This document shows positions 57,373 to 64,000 of a stretch of 64,000 nt of DNA, piece after piece. How positions within the stretch are numbered: position 1 is the stretch's first letter; every line of letters begins with the position of its first letter. The stretch lies in NCBI GenBank assembly GCA_002748355.1, contig PDSF01000035.1:14004-78003 (forward strand). Direction: 5' to 3'. The notes beneath the pieces are model-generated. The model did not search any database, was not told the DNA's origin, and was given only the letters and a program-made list of their open reading frames with translations. The stretch comes from Planctomycetota bacterium. Lineage in GTDB: Bacteria; Planctomycetota; UBA1135; GCA-002748355. The position numbers and the translations under genes are program-made.

Positions 57373-57514
57373 GGTGTATCTCCTTTATGCCTTGTTGAAG
57401 GCTATGCCGTAGAGGCAATGCCGGGTCGAAGCCCTGCGGCCCCCTGTCCCGCGTCCCTGCGCCCCTTCGAGCCAAGCAGAGAGGAGAAACGAGGTCCCGC
57501 AGCGCGGTCCCATG

Positions 57515-58375
57515 TCACAGCTGGGTAGCTGCGCGATCGCCCCGGGAAATGGTCGCTTCCTCGGCAACGATACGACCCGTGGCGGTCTTCGCCGCGGAGT
57601 CGACGTCGATGATCATGACTTCGCCCTTGTACTTCTTGCCGTCGTGGATCGAGAACTTCCAGCCCTTGCCGACCTTCGCAATGGCCCCCTTGTTGAGGCG
57701 GAGGAAGACCGTCCTGAGCCGCTTGTTGACCGCGAAGACCTCGCCGGAGACCTTCGGCAGTCCATTGTTGATGATCTTCCAGAGATCAGGAACGGCAGCG
57801 ACGATGGTCTCCATCTGGACCTCGAAGTCGCGGATCTTTTCATTCGCGGCAGCGATCTTCTCCTGGAGCGCCTGGTTCTTGCTCTCGACCCCCTCGCGCT
57901 TGCTGCGCTCAGCCTCGAGTTCTTCTTGGGCCTGATCGCGAGCGGCAATGGCTTCGGCGCGCTCGTTCTTGGCCTGGAGGTAGGACTTGCTCAGCTCGGC
58001 GATGCGCTCGTTCTGCGTTTCGCTGCTCTGGGCAATGCTGCTGACGTTGCTCTGAATACCCTGGAAGCTCGACTGCAGGGAGGTGAGGCGGCCGTTGAGA
58101 TCCTTGATCTCATCGTCCTTCGCAGCGCTGGCATTCTTGAGGGTGGAGTTCGTGCGCTCAAGGCGACTCACTCGCTCCTGCAGAGTGGTTTTGTCGCTGG
58201 TCAGGTTGTTGTTTTCGCCAGTCAACGTAGCGATTTCGGCATCCTTCGACTTCTCCAGCTTGGTGTAGTTGGTCTTCCAGCTATCCGCATGCTTCAGGTA
58301 GAAGCCGGCATAACCGAGGAAAACGCCAGAGAGGACGAGATTCAGGACGATGAAGACTCGGCCGATCGGACTCAT
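57515..58375 (-). CDS. Membrane-anchored coiled-coil protein (hypothetical)
   Basis: It has an N-terminal TM segment (IGRVFIVLNLVLSGVFLGYAGFY), about 190 aa of heptad-like Ser/Glu/Lys/Asn/Gln-rich sequence and a C-terminal beta-rich ~70 aa. Confidence 0.65.
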   Translation of the reverse strand: MSPIGRVFIVLNLVLSGVFLGYAGFYLKHADSWKTNYTKLEKSKDAEIATLTGENNNLTSDKTTLQERVSRLERTNSTLKNASAAKDDEIKDLNGRLTSLQSSFQGIQSNVSSIAQSSETQNERIAELSKSYLQAKNERAEAIAARDQAQEELEAERSKREGVESKNQALQEKIAAANEKIRDFEVQMETIVAAVPDLWKIINNGLPKVSGEVFAVNKRLRTVFLRLNKGAIAKVGKGWKFSIHDGKKYKGEVMIIDVDSAAKTATGRIVAEEATISRGDRAATQL

Positions 58376-58518
58376 TGGGATGGTCTCCGTGGGACTCCGC
58401 GGGACAGCGGAAGGGGGTTAGCAAGAACCCGAAGCGGAGGCGGCGAAAGGCTTTCGTCGTGACTACGATTCGGGTAGCAGGACTTCAGGACGGATATGGT
58501 TGTTCCCTGGAGGAAAAA

Positions 58519-58589
58519 CCTCCAAGACAGTCTGCCTCAAGACAGTCTGCCTCAAGACAAGACAGTGTGCCTCAAGACAAGCCAGTGTG
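58519..58589. repeat. Four imperfect tandem repeats of 15-20 bp (plus strand CCTCAAGACA[AGNC]AGTSTG) in an intergenic region
   Basis: Copies at 58519..58534, 58535..58549, 58550..58569 and 58570..58589. They lie 145-215 nt upstream of the 58375 start codon on the minus strand. Confidence 0.8.
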
Positions 58590-58775
58590 CCTTCCCAGAC
58601 GGTATCGAGCGGGGGGCAGTAAGCTCGATTCTGCCCAGGAGGGGCGTGAGCGCCGTTTCCCGAAAGAATCGGCATCCAGGATCCCCGGAAGCACACCACT
58701 CCGTCCGATTGCAGAGCAGAGAGGGGGCGTCGTTTCTCCTGAAGGGGCGGGATCTTACTTCCGATCCATGCCCGG

Positions 58776-60398
58776 TCAAGAAAGCCTAGCTCCCTTGGGA
58801 CGTGAAGGAGTGTACCCCCGGAAGGCTGGGGCGGGGCGTCTCTCACGGCAAAAACTGCCGAGTAGGAGGATCAAGGCCGCTACCGCAAGGAACCAAGGGA
58901 GCCGAAGCGCCCACCTCATCGCCATTCGCTCACCACGATGCGGCTGCGGCCGCGTGTGCAAGACTCCGGCCTGGCCAAGCGGCAGTCGATCTCGAATCCG
59001 GCCATCTGCGCCAATCCACGCGGTCAAACCGTCCGTAGTGGAGCGGAGAAGCGGCCGACCGCATTCCAGCGTGCGAAAAACCGAGGACGCCAGCAACTGG
59101 TCCAACTCCGAACCGCCCCGATACCAACCCTCATGCGAAAGCACGACAAAGAACTCGGCGCCACGAAGCGCTGCCTTGGCAAAAACTTGCGGGAAGGCGT
59201 TTTCAAAACAAATCGCCGCAGCGAAGCTTCGCTCTCCGAGGCGAAGCAGCTCCTGCTCCTCCCCCGCACTGGCATCGGGCGTCGCCCCATCAAGCGCCTT
59301 AGCAATCGCCTGACGCAGCCAGAGACCGCTACCCGAGGGAATCAAGGGCACGAACTCGCCGCCGGGGACGAGGATCTGCTTCTCGTGCCTTCCGAGCAGA
59401 CGCCCATCGCGATCGGCATAGAAGGCGGCGATACGCTGGGGCCGCTGCTCGCCCTTTTTCTTCGGCGGCAGGGTGTAGAGCGCGCCGAAGAGGGTGTGGG
59501 CAGCTGGTGGTAGTAGGTAGGCGAGGATACGCACGTCTGCCGCCATGCGATCATGGTCGACCGCGAAGCCAAAGGTGCTCTCCGGCCAGACCACGAGATC
59601 CGGCTCACCTTCGGCATCGATCTCCGGCCCCAGGCGTCGATACTGGCCGACCAACCACCTGATCGCCGCATTGGGCTGCTCCTCGTTGAAGAACTGCTCC
59701 CCCCCGGCTTGATCGCGATAGCTAGGACGCCCGGTCTGCACCAGCGCCACGTGCGGGCTCTGTGCCCCCTCCACCAGCATCGTCTTTGACGGTAGCAGGA
59801 CGCCGAGTCCCCAGAGCAGGACGCTCGAGGCGAGCAGGGTCAGGGCCATTCGCCGCTCTGCGCGCAGCAGAGCCCAAAGCCCGACGGCGACGCCCGCGAG
59901 CAGCAGATTCATGCCCGATTCCCCGAAGAAGCGCACCGGCCCGAGCAGCTGCGGATACTCGAAGAGGGCATGAGCGCTCTGAGCATGCGGGTATTGGAGC
60001 TGGGGCATCTGCGCCTTCAAGGTCTCGTAGAGCGACCAGAGCAGCGGCAGAAGCAGCAGGGCCCGGGTCCGGCCATGCCGACGCTGGGCATAGCGAAGGC
60101 AGGCCGCGATACCGACGAAGTAGAGACTCCCGACCGAAAGGATGATCAAGTAGCCCGGCAGCAGCGGGTGCCGCAGGGAGGCCGAACTCACGGCAAAGTG
60201 AGCGACCCCGAAGAGCCAGGCATAGCGGAGCCGCGCATCAGCGCCGAGGATCAACTCGGCGAAGAGCGCTAGCCCTACGAAGACCAGCCATTCGGAGAAC
60301 GGCAGGCCGCTCCCCGGCATCGCTAGCCCGTGCGAGAGCCCACCTACAAGGCTCACTGCGAGGATGCTCCAGCGGCTTTTCAAGGCAGCGGCAGCCAC
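58776..60398 (-). CDS. lnt: Apolipoprotein N-acyltransferase
   Basis: A polytopic N-terminal half and a C-terminal CN-hydrolase domain with the catalytic Cys context AAAICFENAFPQ. 540 aa. Confidence 0.9.
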   Translation of the reverse strand: MAAAALKSRWSILAVSLVGGLSHGLAMPGSGLPFSEWLVFVGLALFAELILGADARLRYAWLFGVAHFAVSSASLRHPLLPGYLIILSVGSLYFVGIAACLRYAQRRHGRTRALLLLPLLWSLYETLKAQMPQLQYPHAQSAHALFEYPQLLGPVRFFGESGMNLLLAGVAVGLWALLRAERRMALTLLASSVLLWGLGVLLPSKTMLVEGAQSPHVALVQTGRPSYRDQAGGEQFFNEEQPNAAIRWLVGQYRRLGPEIDAEGEPDLVVWPESTFGFAVDHDRMAADVRILAYLLPPAAHTLFGALYTLPPKKKGEQRPQRIAAFYADRDGRLLGRHEKQILVPGGEFVPLIPSGSGLWLRQAIAKALDGATPDASAGEEQELLRLGERSFAAAICFENAFPQVFAKAALRGAEFFVVLSHEGWYRGGSELDQLLASSVFRTLECGRPLLRSTTDGLTAWIGADGRIRDRLPLGQAGVLHTRPQPHRGERMAMRWALRLPWFLAVAALILLLGSFCRERRPAPAFRGYTPSRPKGARLS

Positions 60399-61612
60399 TC
60401 GACACTCTCACCGTCCTGCAGAGTTTCGCCCGCCGGCACCAAGAAGAGCAGGTCGGCATCGGCGAGCACGAAGAGGTCCGCGGAGTTGACCTCCGGCAGC
60501 GCTTCGACCACCGTGGCCTCGGGCCCCTGCCAAAGCCTGCCCGGCAGCGCCTGCAGCCGCCGGTTCTTGCGGAGGCTAGAGCGGTGCAGCCTGCCGCGAT
60601 TGCGCTCCTCAAAGAGATCCCGACTCTCTCCCTGGAAGACCCGGAGGAAGGGCTCACCGAGCAGGGCAAAGATCGTGAAGCTGCTGGCCGGATTCCCCGG
60701 CAGACCAAGCAGGAAGCTCTCGCGGCCCTCCAGCACGATGCGCCCGAAGTAGCTCGGCTTCCCTGGCTTGATCAAAACCGACTCGACCAGGCATTCCCCG
60801 CCCAGAGCCTCGAAGGCGCCACGAACCAAGTCCTTGGTTCCCATCGAGACCCCACCGATGGTGAGGACCAAGTCGTGTTCTCGCAGGGCGGCGGCCAGCT
60901 GCTCGCGGGTCAAGGCCTCATCATCGCCCAGCACCGGCCTCATGCTCGGCAGCCCGCCGCAGGCCGTGACCTGGGCCGCCAGCGCCCAGGCATTGGAATT
61001 GCGAACCTGCCCCGGCCCCGGCTGTTCCTCGATCGCTACCACCTCATCCCCTGTCGGCAGAATGGCGACCCGCGGCTGCACAGCCACCTGAACCCGGGAC
61101 AGTCCCTGATTCGCCAAGACGCCAACAACAGCGGGGCGGATCTCAGTTCCCGACTCAAGCAGCTGCTGACCGGCAGAACGGACACAGGCCCGCTTCCGGA
61201 TATTGGCGCCCACTCCGAACTCCGCATCGAAGCGGACCACGCCACCCTCCAATGGCTCGTATCCCGAACTCTTTTCGACCGGGACCACCGTGTCCGCCCC
61301 CTCCGGGATCAGGCCACCGGTCATGACCCGGACACAGGATCCGGGGGGCAGGCTGCCCTCATAGGCCTGGCCGGCGAAGGCGTCGCCCACCAGCTGCAGC
61401 TTGGCCCCCGTCGCAAGATCCTGAGTCCGGAGCGCGAAACCGTCCATGGCTGAAACGTCAGCAAGCGGCACGTCCTCGGCCGCATAGACATCCTGGAGAA
61501 GGATGCGGCGCAAGGCATCACCGAGCCCCAGCTCTTCGGCCTTCGATGCCGGCACGGCAGAGAGGATACGCTCAAGCGCTTCCGGGAGTGGGAGGATGAC
61601 TCTCTCGGACAT
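60380..61612 (-). CDS. moeA: Molybdopterin molybdotransferase MoeA
   Basis: Motifs VSAMDGFALR, VRVMTGGLIPEGADTVV and TIGGVSMGTKD. The likely start is ATG at 61612 (MSERVILPLPEALERI). The ORF track extends to 61678. Confidence 0.9.
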   Translation of the reverse strand: MSERVILPLPEALERILSAVPASKAEELGLGDALRRILLQDVYAAEDVPLADVSAMDGFALRTQDLATGAKLQLVGDAFAGQAYEGSLPPGSCVRVMTGGLIPEGADTVVPVEKSSGYEPLEGGVVRFDAEFGVGANIRKRACVRSAGQQLLESGTEIRPAVVGVLANQGLSRVQVAVQPRVAILPTGDEVVAIEEQPGPGQVRNSNAWALAAQVTACGGLPSMRPVLGDDEALTREQLAAALREHDLVLTIGGVSMGTKDLVRGAFEALGGECLVESVLIKPGKPSYFGRIVLEGRESFLLGLPGNPASSFTIFALLGEPFLRVFQGESRDLFEERNRGRLHRSSLRKNRRLQALPGRLWQGPEATVVEALPEVNSADLFVLADADLLFLVPAGETLQDGESVEWLPLP

Positions 61613-61922
61613 TCCTTTACCTCGATAGCTCAGGGAGACAGGGGAGAAATGCAGGGGCGACCGGACCGGCCACGGCAAGTCACAGGAAAAGACTGTACCG
61701 GTTCAAGACCTGGTCGCACCTTAGAAGGCCGGAGTGACGCCCTATGCCTCTGGCCCAGAAAACGCCAGCGAATCCAATGATTCGGCCACAGCTTCCAGTG
61801 CCAGGGAAGAGGTCGAGGAAGAGGAACTGCCGCCACGCGACTTCCCCAGCAGCCTGTTAGGATGCCGCCGCTCTACCAGCATTGGCAGAGATCTCTGCGC
61901 ACGCTTCGCGATTCGACCACAG

Positions 61923-62001
61923 CCCGGCTCAGAAGCAGCCCAGCTCTGATGCAGCCCAGCTCTGATGCAGCCCAGCTCTGATGCAGCTCCGGCTCAGAAG
62001 C
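61923..62001. repeat. 3 x 16-bp tandem repeat (GCAGCCCAGCTCTGAT) bracketed by a direct repeat CGGCTCAGAAGC
   Basis: Units at 61935..61950, 61951..61966 and 61967..61982. The flanks are CCCGGCTCAGAAGC (from 61923) and TCCGGCTCAGAAGC (from about 61988). It lies in the divergent intergenic region between moeA and the RND adaptor gene. Confidence 0.8.
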
Positions 62002-62078
62002 GAGAAAAATCCCTAGCCCTAGGCAAAAGCCGCAAGTGTTCTGCGTTAGCCCCTGTTTTTTTCCCTTCGGTATCCCCC

Positions 62079-63425
62079 GTGCTTGCACGCCAACCTCGCC
62101 TCCGCTTCCTCCTCCTGCTGCCCCTCTCCTTCGCAGCCTGTGCTCCAGCCGAGCCCACAGCGAACAAGCAGGGATCTCTCCAGGACAAGACATCGGACTC
62201 AAGCCAGGTTGAGGCAGAAGCCGTGCGCCGGGTTCACGTCTACTCCCTCCGTCCGCAGCGTATCGAAGAGCGGCTGCCGGCAAGCAGCCACCTGGCCGCT
62301 TGGCGCGAGCTCTCCGTCCTCGCCCGCGTGCATGCTCAGGTCCTTGAGGTTTCCGCACTGGAAGGAAGCGCCGTCACAAAGGGGCAGCTGCTCGTCCAAC
62401 TAGACGACAAGCAAGCCAAGCTGGAACTCGCCGCAGCTAAGGCCAAGGAAAAGGAGATCAGCGACCTCGAAGCCGAGGCGCGCATCGGCCTTGACGAAGC
62501 CAAGCTGCACTTGCAGCTAGCACTCAAGGACCTGCGCAAGGCCTCGAACGACCGGGAACGCAGCCGCGCCCAGGCCAAGGAAGAGCTGGTCAGCGCCTCC
62601 CAACTTGAAGCCGACGAACTCGCCTACGAGCGGGCGGCCAATGCCGCCGAGCTACAACGCATCAAGCTGCGCCGGGCCAAACTCGGAGTCACCAAGCTTG
62701 AGAGCCAAAAGCAGTCAGCACGGATCCAACGCGAGATCAAAGAGCGGATGCTCGAGGACTACCAGGTCGAGGCGCCCTTCGATGGCCTAGTCGCCGAGTC
62801 TTTCGTCAAAGGTGGCGAGTGGATCTCGCCCCAGTCCCCCTTGCTGAAGCTGAGCGATCGGCGCCGACTCGTCGCCTACTTCGCACGCCCACAAAAAGAG
62901 ATCGGGAGCATCCGCAAGGAGCTCGACGTCGAGTTCAGCTTCGACGCGTTTCCCGGGCAGGTCTTCCACGGACAGATCGCCTTCATCTCCCCCATCGTCG
63001 ACCAGCAGACCGGCACCTTCCGCGCCCGCGCCGAAGTCGCCGATCCACAAAAGCGCCTGCGCGCGGGCATGTTCACCAGAGCCGAGATCGTGACCGCGGT
63101 CAGCCCCAAAGCCTTGATGATCCCTCGCACCGCGATCTTCTACGAGGATCAGCGACCCTTCACCTTCGTCGCCAGAGACCGGATCGCCCAGCGCATTCCC
63201 ATCGAAGCCGGCATCGCCACCAAAGGAGCCGTGGAGGCCCGCAACCTCAGCCAGGGGCCTGAGCAAGAGGGCTTCCGCGCCGGAGATTTGGTCATCGTGG
63301 TCGGCGGAGAAAATCTGCGGCCCGGGCAGGCGGTAGAGGTCGCTGGCTACCGCGACGCCAAGGGCTTGCTCCTGGCCACGGAGCCCAAGTCCGATCAGCA
63401 AGCCCCAGCCCACCAGGATGGCTGA
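62079..63425 (+). CDS. RND efflux periplasmic adaptor (membrane fusion protein, HlyD family) lipoprotein
   Basis: It has a lipobox (LLLLPLSFAACAP), a coiled-coil hairpin region (LELAAAKAKEKEISDLEAEARIGLDEAKL...) and beta-barrel/MP domains. A GTG start at 62079 is proposed; the ORF track starts at 61965, inside the tandem repeat. The 3' end overlaps the RND pump start. Confidence 0.8.
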   Translation: MLARQPRLRFLLLLPLSFAACAPAEPTANKQGSLQDKTSDSSQVEAEAVRRVHVYSLRPQRIEERLPASSHLAAWRELSVLARVHAQVLEVSALEGSAVTKGQLLVQLDDKQAKLELAAAKAKEKEISDLEAEARIGLDEAKLHLQLALKDLRKASNDRERSRAQAKEELVSASQLEADELAYERAANAAELQRIKLRRAKLGVTKLESQKQSARIQREIKERMLEDYQVEAPFDGLVAESFVKGGEWISPQSPLLKLSDRRRLVAYFARPQKEIGSIRKELDVEFSFDAFPGQVFHGQIAFISPIVDQQTGTFRARAEVADPQKRLRAGMFTRAEIVTAVSPKALMIPRTAIFYEDQRPFTFVARDRIAQRIPIEAGIATKGAVEARNLSQGPEQEGFRAGDLVIVVGGENLRPGQAVEVAGYRDAKGLLLATEPKSDQQAPAHQDG

Positions 63426-64000
63426 GCCGGTGAATCCCGCATCCACTCCCGCGCCCGAAGCAGCCAAGAGAGAATCCTCTCTGCTGGCCCTCGCCATCCG
63501 TCGCCCGGTCGGCGTGTCCATGCTTCTCATCGCGCTGCTGGTCTTCGGTATCGTCGGTTTCCTGCGCCTGCCCGTCACCCTGCTCCCGGATCTCAGCTAC
63601 CCCACTCTGACCATCCGGACCCAAAACCCAGGAGCGAGCCCCGAAGACATCGAAGATCGGATCAGCGAAGCTCTGCGCGAGGCGGTCTCGGTCCTGCCAG
63701 GGGTCCAACGCGTGACTTCGATCAGTCGCTCCGGTCAGTCGGACATCGTGATCGAATTCGCCTGGGGCACGCAGATGGTCTACGCGGTCGGTGACGTGCG
63801 CGAGAAGCTCGAACGCGTGTTCTTGCCCAGCGACGTCGAACAACCGCTCATCCTCCGCTACGACCCGAGCCTCGATCCCATGCTGGTGATCGGGCTCTCC
63901 GGCAAGCTGGGTAGCATGGAGCTACGGGACATCGCCGAAGACGTCCTCAAGCGCGAGTTGAGCGAGATCGACGGAGTCGCCGCCGTAGAGGTCAAAGGCG
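63418..64000 (+). CDS. RND (AcrB/HAE1-like) efflux permease, N-terminal fragment (runs off the right edge)
   Basis: My own translation from ATG 63418: MAEPVNPAST...LALAIRRPVGVSMLLIALLVFGIVGFLRLPVTLLPDLSYPTLTIRTQNPGASPEDIEDRISE... This is the typical ACR_tran N-terminus. It overlaps the adaptor gene stop by 8 nt. Confidence 0.9.
   Translation, partial: MAEPVNPASTPAPEAAKRESSLLALAIRRPVGVSMLLIALLVFGIVGFLRLPVTLLPDLSYPTLTIRTQNPGASPEDIEDRISEALREAVSVLPGVQRVTSISRSGQSDIVIEFAWGTQMVYAVGDVREKLERVFLPSDVEQPLILRYDPSLDPMLVIGLSGKLGSMELRDIAEDVLKRELSEIDGVAAVEVKG

Noticed and set aside
58550-58589. Sigma-54 promoters inside the tandem repeats (minus strand GGCACACTGGCTTGT and GGCACACTGTCTTGT).
   Set aside because: The GG is present and the spacing fits, but the near-invariant GC of the -12 element is replaced by GT. 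Repeated copies 20 bp apart are more consistent with a binding-site array than with promoters.
1-64000. Mobile elements, prophage, genomic island boundaries or toxin-antitoxin/defence cassettes. This includes the tRNA-Arg at 9736 as a possible integration site.
   Set aside because: No integrase, transposase, recombinase, phage structural or known defence-gene motifs appear in any ORF translation. I noticed no direct repeat of the tRNA 3' end. The gene content around the tRNA is ordinary metabolism.

Overview
GC-rich bacterial chromosomal window (GC not computed). The gene content indicates a diderm cell envelope: Lnt, a secretin, Mla/MCE, an RND efflux pump and the MreBCD-PBP2-RodA elongasome. 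Most genes lie on the minus strand in long co-directional runs. Housekeeping loci (rpsO-pnp, mreBCD-mrdA-rodA, a stand-alone EF-G, crcB, cspA-like, tRNA-Arg, moeA, lnt) alternate with envelope and secreted functions. These include an S8 protease, a secretin with a GspK-like protein, TPR lipoproteins, a GH15-like protein and an ECF sigma/anti-sigma pair. I saw no transposase, integrase, phage gene or CRISPR array. The most unusual items are as follows. (1) A 1878-aa, roughly 6-TM sigma-54 activator (CBM9-like domain, HAMP, GAF, degenerate GGDEF, AAA+, wHTH) lies directly upstream of a secretin/GspK-like operon, with a good sigma-54 promoter match between them. (2) A PNPase carries a ~300-aa C-terminal tail made of an acidic block plus 14 near-identical 42-bp (14-aa RRRSRRDEDEDVRP) repeats. 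Its stop codon sits inside a 14-bp tandem array in which every unit contains TAATGA. (3) A ~290-aa two-part C-terminal module is shared by the S8 protease and its neighbouring secreted protein. (4) An EF-G paralog is translationally coupled (ATGA overlap) to crcB at the end of the secretin gene string. (5) Several intergenic tandem repeats and an ~850-bp gene-free gap end in a minus-strand terminator. All functional calls come from motif recognition by eye in the supplied ORF translations. No database search was run.
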